Source of the DNA: Planctomycetota bacterium
GTDB lineage: Bacteria; Planctomycetota; Phycisphaerae; UBA1845; Fen-1342
Direction: 5' to 3'
Assembly (NCBI GenBank): GCA_045863555.1
Contig: BTUU01000003.1
Coordinates: 34,476-98,475, forward strand
DNA: 64,000 nt
In this document: positions 31,326-39,863 of the stretch, piece after piece
How the letters are laid out: each line of letters begins with the position of its first letter
Position numbering within the stretch: position 1 is the stretch's first letter
The notes under the pieces: generated by a model
What the model was told of the DNA's origin: nothing
Database searches by the model: none
Seen by the model: only the letters and a program-made list of their open reading frames with translations
Translations under genes and position numbers: made by a program

Positions 31326-32675
31326 TCAGGATGCCGTCGAATCGGCCCGGGCGGCCGGGCGGCCGTCCGAACTGCCGCGCGAACCGATGTTGGCCGCGAC
31401 GTCCTGTGTCACCTGTCGCAGGTCAACGCCCAGCACGCCGCTCAGCGTCGCAAGCGTCTCCGAGACCATCCGGGCCTTGGTAAGCGCCGCGCCGGCCACT
31501 GCGCGACCATCCCCGCCGTCGACGACCGTGACGTTTCCGAGATCGATGTTCTTCACGGTCTCGGTGATCTTGCCCACAACCGCGGGCATCATTTCGACCA
31601 GCATGACCCGAAGGGCGTCCGGATTCTTCTGGATCGCCGCGCCGATGAGCTCGATGGCGCTGGCCCGCGCCCGTCCGTCTTCGAGCGTCCGCGCGGCGTC
31701 GCCTTCCGCCTTCGCCCGCGCGACATCTCGCGCGGCGACCGCCTGCGCGACCTCCGTCGCGGCGAGGCGGGCCTGTTCGGCCTTCGCCGCCGCTTCCTGC
31801 TGCTCGGCTTCCTTCAGCGCGGCCTCCCGGGCGAGCTCGGCGCGGCGGATGCGCAGCTCGTTTTCCGCTTCGGCGATCGACTTCTCGGCGACAAGCCGAG
31901 CCTGTTCCGATCGCTGGTGCGCCCCCGCCTCGGCGGCCTTGGCTTCGGCGTCGCGCTCGGCCTTCGCCTGGCGGGCGGCCGCATTGGCCTGGGCTTCCTT
32001 GATGACCGCTTCAGACGCACGTTCGGCCTCGGCCTTGCGCGCGGCCGCGATGACCTCGGCACGGGCCTTGCGGGCGATGGACTCGAGATACTGCTGCTCG
32101 TCGTGGATGTTCTGGATGTTGACGCTGTCGATGACGAGGCCGAGCTTGCGGAAGTCGTCGGAGACTTCGCGCATGACCGTCATGACGAACTTGTCGCGGT
32201 CCTGAACCATGTCCTCGGGCGTCATCTTGCCGATGACGGCCCGCAGCCCGCCCTCAAGCGTCTCGCGCGCGACGCGCTGCAGCTCGCTGCTGGGCTGGCC
32301 GAGGAAGCGCTCAATTGCGTTTGATCGCTCGGCCGGATCGGACGAGACCTTCACGTTCGCCACGCCGGTGACGACGATCGGCATCATCGTGCCGCCGCCG
32401 GACTGGGCCTTGACTTCGAGCGTCACCTGCATGTTCCGCAGGCTGATGCGCTCGACCTTTTCGATGATCGGGATGACGATCGTCCGGCCGCCGATCAGCA
32501 CGCGATAGCCCATGCCGTCGCGCTGCCGGGCGCCGCTGATGATCAGCATCTCGCTCGGATTTCCGACAACGACGAGCCGGGCGATGATGATGATGATCGC
32601 CAGGATCACGAGCAGCGCGACCCCGCCGAGCATCGCGCCGTACGGGATCTCCGCCGCGAGAAGCAGCGTATTCAT
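31326..32675 (-). CDS. Flotillin / SPFH (band-7) domain protein (YqiK-like)
   Basis: N-terminal TM helix, SPFH domain, then a long Ala/Glu/Arg/Lys coiled-coil (AEAERASEAVIKEAQANAAARQAKAERDAEAKAAEA...) typical of flotillins. Confidence 0.85.
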   Translation of the reverse strand: MNTLLLAAEIPYGAMLGGVALLVILAIIIIIARLVVVGNPSEMLIISGARQRDGMGYRVLIGGRTIVIPIIEKVERISLRNMQVTLEVKAQSGGGTMMPIVVTGVANVKVSSDPAERSNAIERFLGQPSSELQRVARETLEGGLRAVIGKMTPEDMVQDRDKFVMTVMREVSDDFRKLGLVIDSVNIQNIHDEQQYLESIARKARAEVIAAARKAEAERASEAVIKEAQANAAARQAKAERDAEAKAAEAGAHQRSEQARLVAEKSIAEAENELRIRRAELAREAALKEAEQQEAAAKAEQARLAATEVAQAVAARDVARAKAEGDAARTLEDGRARASAIELIGAAIQKNPDALRVMLVEMMPAVVGKITETVKNIDLGNVTVVDGGDGRAVAGAALTKARMVSETLATLSGVLGVDLRQVTQDVAANIGSRGSSDGRPAARADSTAS

Positions 32676-33364
32676 GCGAGTCCTCCTGCCGATGTGCGAG
32701 CCGCGTAGGCCGCCCGTGAGACTACCTCCGCCACACCGCCGCGATACGCGACGACCACGACCTGCTGCCCCGCCTCGAACGGTCCGTCGCCGGCCGCGGG
32801 GATGCGCCGCTCGGAACTCCGCACCTGCACGGCGATCTCGCCGCGATGAGGCGGTTCAATCGGAATCGTCACGCGCGCCAGGCGGTTCACGTATTCCTGC
32901 GCCGACGGCGCGCTGTTGCCCGAGGTTCGCAGGATCGTTCGCAAGGTCACCTGGACGGTCTGGCCGACCGCAATGCCCGACAAGGCAGAGACGAGGAGCA
33001 CAACGCCGGTCGAGAGGCCGGAGAAGTTGGTCAGAATCACGCCAACCGCGCCGAACACGCCCGCGAAGTAGACCAGGAAGCGCAGCGAAAGCCACTGCGA
33101 GAGCGCCGTCCCGCCGCTGTGTCCGGCCTCGACGGCGTGCGAGGTGTCGAGAGCATCGTGCGGCGCGTCGAGCGCGAGATCCTGCGGGACGTCGACGTCC
33201 GGCGCGCCATCCACGCCGGCCGGCATGCCGGGATCCGCGCTAAAACCATGCGCTCCGGCGAGCATTGATATGAGAATCAGGCCGCCGCCGGCAACCAGGC
33301 ACGCCCAGTAGACTGTGGAGAGCGTGTCCGCGTCAAGCATGTCGAAAATCGAGGCCAGAATCAT
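32672..33364 (-). CDS. NfeD-like membrane protein (YqiJ-like partner of flotillin)
   Basis: Multi-TM N-terminal half, then a C-terminal OB-fold-like segment (RVTIPIEPPHRGEIAVQVRSSERRIPAAG...QQVVVVAYRGGVAEV). 4-nt overlap with the flotillin gene. Confidence 0.7.
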   Translation of the reverse strand: MILASIFDMLDADTLSTVYWACLVAGGGLILISMLAGAHGFSADPGMPAGVDGAPDVDVPQDLALDAPHDALDTSHAVEAGHSGGTALSQWLSLRFLVYFAGVFGAVGVILTNFSGLSTGVVLLVSALSGIAVGQTVQVTLRTILRTSGNSAPSAQEYVNRLARVTIPIEPPHRGEIAVQVRSSERRIPAAGDGPFEAGQQVVVVAYRGGVAEVVSRAAYAARTSAGGLA

Positions 33365-33596
33365 GGCATTTGCCTCCCGATCCGACGCCCGGGCCCGGTC
33401 GCGAGCCTCCTACTCGGAAACATAGACGAAATACCGGCCGCGTCCAGTTGGAATCCGCGCGATATTTGGACCCGGGCTCGCCGCGCATGCACTCCGCCGT
33501 CGGTTGGTCATCCGTTCATGCGGGCTCTACACTGCGTTTCCTGAGCGATGACCGGCTCCGGTGCGACCGGAGCCCCTCCGTGAGGTGAGCCGCGCA

Positions 33597-36500
33597 ATGC
33601 CGTATCAGCCCCGACGTTCGTGGATCGAGTCACTTGCCGAGCGATTCGGCTGGATCGAGAACCTCTCGCAGCGCGGCGGTTCGACGCAACTCCCGCAGCA
33701 TCCGCCGCTGTCGCGATTTCCCCGGCCGGAGGAGTGGGGCGACTTCGTCGAGCACGATGCGCGTGCCTGGCCGCGCCGCGCCGTGCAGCGGCGCTATCGC
33801 CTCGTGCCGACGACGTGCTTCAACTGCGAATCGGCGTGTGGCCTGCTCGCGTATGTGGATCGCGAATCGGGCGTCATTCGCAAGTTCGAGGGCAATCCGG
33901 TCCACCCCGGCAGTCGCGGAAAGAACTGCGCCAAGGGACCGGCGACAATCAACCAGGTCAACGATCCCGACCGAATCCTCAAACCGCTCAAACGCGTCGG
34001 CAGGCGCGGCGATGGCGAGTGGCGCGAAGTCTCGTGGGACGAGGCCCTCAAGGACATCGGTGCCCGCATCCGCAAAGCCCTCGTCGAAAACCGCCGCGAC
34101 GAGATCGTCTACCACGTCGGTCGTCCGGGCGCGGAAGGCTCCGTCGACCGCGTCCTCCGCGCCTGGGGCGTCGACGGTCACAACAGCCACACCAACATCT
34201 GCTCCTCCGGCGCGCGGCTCGGATACGCGCTCTGGAGCGGATACGACCGGCCGACGCCGGACTACGCGAACGCCCGCTTCATCCTTGCGCTGAACGCGCA
34301 CCTCGAAAGCGGCCACTATTTCAATCCGCACGCCCAGCGGATCATCGAAGGATTGTCTCGCGGCGCGGCGATGGCCGTCGTCGATCCACGGCTTTCGAAC
34401 ACGTCGTCGCACGCGAAATACTGGCTGCCGATCCGGCCTGGCACGGAAGCGGCGCTCATTCTCGCGTTCGCGAAGATTCTACTCGACGAAGACTTGGTCG
34501 ACCGCGCATACATCGAGAAGTGGGTGAATTGGCGCGAGACGCTGGAGGCCGTGGGAGAGTGGGAACGTGGGAACGTGGGAAGGGACGAGACGGCCGGCGC
34601 CATTCCCACCTTCCCACCTTCTCACCTTTCCACCATCTCCGTCGACGACTTCCTCGCGAAGCTCAAGGAGATCTACCGCGACTTCACCCCCGAATTCGCC
34701 GAACGAGAGTGCGGCATCCCCGCGAAGACCATCCTCGAAGTAGCCCGCCAGATCGGCCAGGCCGGCTCGCGCTTCTGTTCCCACACCTGGCGCGGCGCGG
34801 CCAGCGCCCACCTCGGCGGCTGGCAGGTTTCACGCTGCCTCATGCTCCTGCACGCGCTCACCGGCAGCTACGGCACGGAGGGCGGCTGCCTCCCATCGGC
34901 CTGGAGTAAGTACAAGGCGAACCTGATCAACGTCCCGCCGCCGCAGAGCCACTGGAACGAGCTGCACTGGCCGCGCGAGTACCCGCTGACGCACTACGAG
35001 ATGAGCCAGCTCCTGCCGCATTTCCTCAAGGATGGCCGCGGCAGGATCGACGTCTACTTCACGCGCGTCTTCAACCCGGTGTGGACCTATCCGGATGGAT
35101 TCACGTGGATCGAGGCGCTGCGTGATGAGTCGAAGGTCGGGCTGCATGTCGCACTGACGCCGACGTGGAACGAGACGGCCTTCTTCGCCGATTACGTGCT
35201 GCCGATGGGCCACGGCCCCGAGCGCCACGACCTGAACACCTACGAGACGCACAGCGGGACGTGGATCGCGTTTCGCCAGCCGGTGAAAAAGGCGGTGGCC
35301 GTCGCGGAGGGCCGCACGGTCCGCGACTCGCGCGACGTAAACCCCGGCGAGGTCTGGGAGGAGGACGAGTTCTGGATTGCGCTGACGTGGGCCGTTGATC
35401 CCGATGGGTCGCTCGGGATGCGCAAATGGATGGAGAGCCTGCGATCGCCGGGCCAGATGCTCACGACGGATGAGTATTACGCGCATGCGTTCGAGCGCGT
35501 GCCGGGATTGCCCGAGGCGGCGGCGAAGGAGAACCTGACGCCGCTGGAATACATGCGGAAATTCGGCGCATTCGAGGTGAAAAAACGCGAATACCGGCGA
35601 TTTGAGCGGAGACTCACGGATGCGGAACTCGACGGCACGACGATTGACGGCCTGACCGGCCTCGTTCGGAAGGGTTCGACCCCGGTTGGACTGGCGATTG
35701 CGGATGCGAAGTCGCCGGGCGGCGTCGCGGCGGTCGAGGGCTTCGCGACACCGAGCCGAAAGCTGGAGTTCTTCAGTCAGACGATGGTCGAGTGGGGCTG
35801 GGCGGAGTACGCGATCCCGTGGTACATTCCGAGTCATTTGTATGAGACGCCGGGAGTGCCGGGGGCGGTGCCGCGAAGCGGCGTGGGAAAGTGGGAATGT
35901 GGGAATGTGGGAAGGGGAGAGACCGCCGCCTCCGTTCCCACCTTCCCACCTTTCCACCTTCCCACCGCGCCTTCGGCGGCGTCGCTTCCCGAGGGCGAAT
36001 TCGTCCTGCTTCCGACGTTCCGCCTGCCGACGCTCATCCATACACGCAGCGGCGCAGCCAAATGGCTCAACGAGATTTCGCAGCAGAATCCGATCTGGAT
36101 GCATACCAGCGACGCCCGCGCGCTCGGCGTGAAGACGGGTGACCTCGTTCGCGTCTCCACGCGGATCGGGCATTTCGTCGACAAGGTGTGGGTGACAGAG
36201 GGTGTCCGCCCCGGCGTCGTGGCCTGTTCGCACCATCTCGGCCGCGGGCGGCGGCCGAACGATCCGCCGGCGAGCCGCTGGAGCGGGAACGTGGTGAAGA
36301 TTGAAGAGGCCGGCGGCGTCTGGACGATGCGGCGCATCGAAGGGCCGGGCCCGTTCGACAGCTCCGACCCCGACAGCCGCCGCGTCTGGTGGCGCGAGGG
36401 CGGCGTACACCAGAACATCACGTTCCCCGTGCAGCCCGACCCCGTGAGCGGCATGCACTGCTGGCACCAGCGCGTCCGCGTCGGGCGGGCTCACGCGGGC

Positions 36501-36683
36501 GACGCGCTCGGCGACGTTGCGGTCGACACGAACAAATCGATGGCGGTCTATCGCGAATGGCTGCGGCGCACGCGCTGGCCGGTGGGGCCGGCGACGGAGA
36601 GCGGGAAGCGTCTGCGGCGACCGATGTGGCTGAACCGGCCGCTGAGGCCGACGGATGCGGCGTACTGGATCAATGCAGAATGA
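33597..36683 (+). CDS. Molybdopterin-dependent oxidoreductase (MopB superfamily, 4Fe-4S N-terminal domain) carrying two in-frame 28-codon repeat insertions
   Basis: CFNCESACGL...C Cx2Cx3C cluster motif, molybdopterin-binding core and a C-terminal MoCo dinucleotide-binding beta-barrel (GDLVRVSTRIGHFVDKVWVTEGVRPGVVACSHH). 1,028 codons with no internal stop. GAGGTGA RBS before the ATG at 33597. Confidence 0.8.
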   Translation: MPYQPRRSWIESLAERFGWIENLSQRGGSTQLPQHPPLSRFPRPEEWGDFVEHDARAWPRRAVQRRYRLVPTTCFNCESACGLLAYVDRESGVIRKFEGNPVHPGSRGKNCAKGPATINQVNDPDRILKPLKRVGRRGDGEWREVSWDEALKDIGARIRKALVENRRDEIVYHVGRPGAEGSVDRVLRAWGVDGHNSHTNICSSGARLGYALWSGYDRPTPDYANARFILALNAHLESGHYFNPHAQRIIEGLSRGAAMAVVDPRLSNTSSHAKYWLPIRPGTEAALILAFAKILLDEDLVDRAYIEKWVNWRETLEAVGEWERGNVGRDETAGAIPTFPPSHLSTISVDDFLAKLKEIYRDFTPEFAERECGIPAKTILEVARQIGQAGSRFCSHTWRGAASAHLGGWQVSRCLMLLHALTGSYGTEGGCLPSAWSKYKANLINVPPPQSHWNELHWPREYPLTHYEMSQLLPHFLKDGRGRIDVYFTRVFNPVWTYPDGFTWIEALRDESKVGLHVALTPTWNETAFFADYVLPMGHGPERHDLNTYETHSGTWIAFRQPVKKAVAVAEGRTVRDSRDVNPGEVWEEDEFWIALTWAVDPDGSLGMRKWMESLRSPGQMLTTDEYYAHAFERVPGLPEAAAKENLTPLEYMRKFGAFEVKKREYRRFERRLTDAELDGTTIDGLTGLVRKGSTPVGLAIADAKSPGGVAAVEGFATPSRKLEFFSQTMVEWGWAEYAIPWYIPSHLYETPGVPGAVPRSGVGKWECGNVGRGETAASVPTFPPFHLPTAPSAASLPEGEFVLLPTFRLPTLIHTRSGAAKWLNEISQQNPIWMHTSDARALGVKTGDLVRVSTRIGHFVDKVWVTEGVRPGVVACSHHLGRGRRPNDPPASRWSGNVVKIEEAGGVWTMRRIEGPGPFDSSDPDSRRVWWREGGVHQNITFPVQPDPVSGMHCWHQRVRVGRAHAGDALGDVAVDTNKSMAVYREWLRRTRWPVGPATESGKRLRRPMWLNRPLRPTDAAYWINAE
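34551..34634. repeat. 84-nt structured palindromic element, copy A, in frame inside the Mo-oxidoreductase gene
   Basis: GTGGGAGA-GTGGGAAC-GTGGGAAC-GTGGGAAG-G, then 19-nt loop GACGAGACGGCCGGCGCCA, then TTCCCACC-TTCCCACC-TTCTCACC-TTTCCACC. Encodes VGEWERGNVGRDETAGAIPTFPPSHLST. Confidence 0.8.
35883..35966. repeat. 84-nt structured palindromic element, copy B, in frame inside the Mo-oxidoreductase gene
   Basis: GTGGGAAA-GTGGGAAT-GTGGGAAT-GTGGGAAG-G, then 19-nt loop GGAGAGACCGCCGCCTCCG, then TTCCCACC-TTCCCACC-TTTCCACC-TTCCCACC. Encodes VGKWECGNVGRGETAASVPTFPPFHLPT. Confidence 0.8.
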
Positions 36684-36700
36684 AGAATGCAGAGAGCCAT

Positions 36701-38410
36701 CTACCCCGCAGATCGGTTCCATTGTTCGAGCGATCGGAAAAGGCGCTGACAGTCGGCCGCGCTGACTGCGCCCATTGTTGCGATCTGGACGAGGCCGCGC
36801 GCGGGAAGGTACGGGCTCTTCGCGTTCACCTCAAAACCGTACGCGCGGCACAGCAGCGCAAAATGCTCGGGCGAGTAGCCCATCGGCGGAGCGAACGTCG
36901 TGACGGCCGGGCTGGCGCTGCCATCGTCTGTTAGCGGCGCAACGCCGAGTCGTCGCAAGCCGCCGCGAACCACCGAAGAGAGTTCGCGAAGTTCGCCATA
37001 GACCCGCTCCCGCTTGAGCGGTGTGTCATAGCGACGTAGCGCCGCGTGCAGCGAAGACAGCAAGTTGGACGAGAGCGTGAAGCGCGGACCGGATGCTCTG
37101 AACCCGGCCAGCGGATCGAGGTAGTAGGGCAGCGGGCAGTCGAGCGCGGCGCAAAGAGCATCCGCGTCGCCCAGCAGGATCGCGATTCCCGCCGGCGCGC
37201 CAAGGCACTTGCCGCTGACGCCGCTCGCAAGGAACACACCCCGCAAATCCAGTGGCACGCTACCGAGGCTGCTCACGCAGTCCAGGCAGACTCGCACTCC
37301 ACGCCCGCCGGCCAGTTCGATCAATTCCGCGATCGGGTTCAGCACACCCGTGCTCGTCTCGCAATGCACGCCCCAGACCCAGTCGCCGGGGCTCAGGCGC
37401 TTCAGCGCATCGGCCACCTCCGTCAGCCGCCAGGCCTGGCCCCAAGGCCACGCCAGGGTTTCAAAATCCAGCCGCCAGCCGTGCGCCTGTTCGACGAGCC
37501 GTGCGCCGAATTCGCCGTTCGTCAGAATGACGCCCCGGCCGCGCCGCGAGAGGTGCCCAAGCGCCGCGGCGATGCACTCGTTGGCGAGCGTGCCGCTGCC
37601 CGCGGTCATCGAGACGGCGACGCCACCGGTCATCTCGCTGATGACCTGACGCGCTTCGTCGAACCGCCGAACGAAGCGGTCTTCGCGATGCGACACCGGG
37701 CGGGCCTGAAGCGCGCGACGGACGCCGGCGGAATACTCAGGCGGACCGGGCAGCAGCGAGATGCACCCCGGCCGGCTCGCGAGCGGCTCCAGCCCGGCCA
37801 GACGCTCCATGCGCGCTGCTATCTTTCGCATCGCCAGCGGCATGCGGCGCACCGGCAGCGCCAGCGCCGTGAACCACGCCGAACCGCACTGCATCTCCGG
37901 CCCGAGCGGCTCGAACCCGATGCGGCGATACATCTGCACCTGCTGTCGAACGCCGGACGCGAGAAGGTGCGAGTACCCGGCCGCGAGAGCCAGCCGATAG
38001 ACGGACCAGAGCAGACCCGCCAGAACGACCGTGCCGCGTTCCTCGGGCCGGACGGCGAGGAGCCGCACTTCGAGCGGCCGGGGGCAGTGAACCTCGATCC
38101 AACCGGGTTCGGCAATCCGTGAGGACACCGAAAACGGCGGCGTATCGTGCACCGCGACCATGGCGACGACCGCTTCATCGCGCTTGGCGACGAGGTAGAG
38201 ATTCTTCTCGTGGTACTTGTCGATGAGCATCGGCCGGCCGGGGTCCGGGTGCTGGCCGATTTCGCGGACGAAGGTCTGGTAGTTCAGCTCGTGGACCTGG
38301 CGGATTTCGTCCGCGGTTTCGGCCTTTTTGAAGAGCAGGTCGTCGATCCGGACGGCGAGCGCCCGGTGCCCGGGGGTCGCGGGAATCAGCCGAAGGGGAC
38401 CAGCGGCCAT
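36701..38410 (-). CDS. Bifunctional GNAT N-acetyltransferase / class-V (PLP-dependent) aminotransferase fusion protein
   Basis: N-terminal about 200 aa GNAT fold (LLAVRPEERGTVVLAGLL...QMYRRIGFEP). C-terminal about 360 aa aminotransferase class V (GSGTLANEC..., HCETSTGVLNP, PLP-lysine region SGVSGKCLGAPAGIA). Confidence 0.75.
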   Translation of the reverse strand: MAAGPLRLIPATPGHRALAVRIDDLLFKKAETADEIRQVHELNYQTFVREIGQHPDPGRPMLIDKYHEKNLYLVAKRDEAVVAMVAVHDTPPFSVSSRIAEPGWIEVHCPRPLEVRLLAVRPEERGTVVLAGLLWSVYRLALAAGYSHLLASGVRQQVQMYRRIGFEPLGPEMQCGSAWFTALALPVRRMPLAMRKIAARMERLAGLEPLASRPGCISLLPGPPEYSAGVRRALQARPVSHREDRFVRRFDEARQVISEMTGGVAVSMTAGSGTLANECIAAALGHLSRRGRGVILTNGEFGARLVEQAHGWRLDFETLAWPWGQAWRLTEVADALKRLSPGDWVWGVHCETSTGVLNPIAELIELAGGRGVRVCLDCVSSLGSVPLDLRGVFLASGVSGKCLGAPAGIAILLGDADALCAALDCPLPYYLDPLAGFRASGPRFTLSSNLLSSLHAALRRYDTPLKRERVYGELRELSSVVRGGLRRLGVAPLTDDGSASPAVTTFAPPMGYSPEHFALLCRAYGFEVNAKSPYLPARGLVQIATMGAVSAADCQRLFRSLEQWNRSAG

Positions 38411-38492
38411 GACGGGCTCCTGGTGACGCCTTCGAATGATAGCCGCGACGGAGCGACTTGCGGGTGGAGATCGTACTCAGGCGGCCCGGCGA

Positions 38493-39863
38493 CTACCCGA
38501 ACGAGCGTACCTCGCCCGCTCCGGCCGCTTCTGAAACGAAATAGCGACGCTTGCCGGACGGATCCGGCGGAATCGCGGCAACCCGGTGACATTCGGCGTG
38601 GACGCGCTCGCCGAACAGCCGGCGATAGCGTTCGCCGATGGTGGCCAGGCTCTCGTCGGCGAAGCGATCGTCCGTCACGAGCAATACGTCGAATTTCTCC
38701 AGCGAGCGCTGAATCGTCTTGAAATGCACGATGCCCGGCAGGTCGCGGAGGATGTGCGAGACGATCGCCCCGTGGCAGAGCCGGCCGTCGGGCAGGGCCA
38801 GGAAACCGGTTATCTTCCCGCCGTCCAGACGCATCCGCGGGAGCGCAAGGCCGCACCGGCACTCGCCCTCCAGCCGCGCGCCCGCATCGCCGACGCGGTA
38901 GCGGATGAACGGCTGGGCCCGCGTATTGAGCGTCGTGCAGAGGATTTCACCCGTCTCGCCAGGCCGCGCGGGTCGTGCGCCGGCCAGTGTTTCCAGCAAT
39001 ATGTGCGGCGTGAGGACATGGAGGCTGCCCGCGAGACATCCGTGGGCGATCAGGCCGACTTCGCGATTGCCGTACTCTTCAACGACCGGACACGCACAGA
39101 TGTCGGTGATCGCGGCCCGCTCCTCCGACCCCGTCTCCTCGCCGGTCAACACGACGGCTTTGAGGGATGTGAACGCGGCCGTGCTGTTCGTACGCTGCGC
39201 CCGCCGCACGAGCGCCGCCGCCGCCGATGGGTACGCGTACAGCAGCGCCGGCCGGAAGCGTGCAATCCTCGCGAGGTGCCGGTCCAGCGACTCGGCCGAC
39301 AACTCGAACGCATCGAGGAGGATTTCGTTGAGCGCGCGGTCGCGCCACCGTCTTAGGCGCGACCCGCGGCGTTCGATCGGCGATCCCCAGAAATACGCGC
39401 GCCGGTCGCCGCAGCGAACTCCGAGGCGCTCCTGCATGAACAGCCGTGCCGCGAGGGTCTGCGCCTGACGGACGCGGTCGATGACGAAGTGGAGCGTGTC
39501 CCCGGTCGTGCCCCCGCTGGAGTGGGTAATCGGGCCGCCGGGCACGCCCGTCCAGACCATTTCGGCCGCGTGTGCGCGCACGTCTACCTTGCTGAGCGGG
39601 GCGAGTTTTGCGATCTCGCGACTCGCAGCGACGGCGTGGATATCTACGCCCGCCGCTGCGAATCGCCGCGCGTGAAAGGTCATCGTCGCCTGCGCGAATC
39701 GTAGCAGGGCGCCGGTCCGTCGCTCGACTTCCGCCTCAAGGCCATCGACCGATCCGGTTGCGACGGTTCGCAGGTCCCGCAATTCGGCCAGCGTCCGTCG
39801 CCCGCAGAGCCACTCGTGCAGCGGATAGGTGATCGCGCGGACGGCATGCGCGTCGAACGTCAC
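38493..39863 (-). CDS. CapK/PaaK-like adenylate-forming enzyme (phenylacetate-CoA-ligase-like, F390-synthetase family)
   Basis: SSGGTTGDTLHF AMP-binding P-loop analogue and YGNREVG. Size about 456 aa once the Arg-rich 183-codon upstream extension is removed. GTG start at 39863 with GGAGGGGG RBS; it overlaps the upstream stop (GTGA). Confidence 0.75.
   Translation of the reverse strand: MTFDAHAVRAITYPLHEWLCGRRTLAELRDLRTVATGSVDGLEAEVERRTGALLRFAQATMTFHARRFAAAGVDIHAVAASREIAKLAPLSKVDVRAHAAEMVWTGVPGGPITHSSGGTTGDTLHFVIDRVRQAQTLAARLFMQERLGVRCGDRRAYFWGSPIERRGSRLRRWRDRALNEILLDAFELSAESLDRHLARIARFRPALLYAYPSAAAALVRRAQRTNSTAAFTSLKAVVLTGEETGSEERAAITDICACPVVEEYGNREVGLIAHGCLAGSLHVLTPHILLETLAGARPARPGETGEILCTTLNTRAQPFIRYRVGDAGARLEGECRCGLALPRMRLDGGKITGFLALPDGRLCHGAIVSHILRDLPGIVHFKTIQRSLEKFDVLLVTDDRFADESLATIGERYRRLFGERVHAECHRVAAIPPDPSGKRRYFVSEAAGAGEVRSFG

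Noticed and set aside
33597-36683. Possible selenocysteine (in-frame TGA) in the molybdopterin oxidoreductase, as in formate dehydrogenases.
   Set aside because: The ORF is continuous with no in-frame TGA, and no SECIS-like hairpin is needed.
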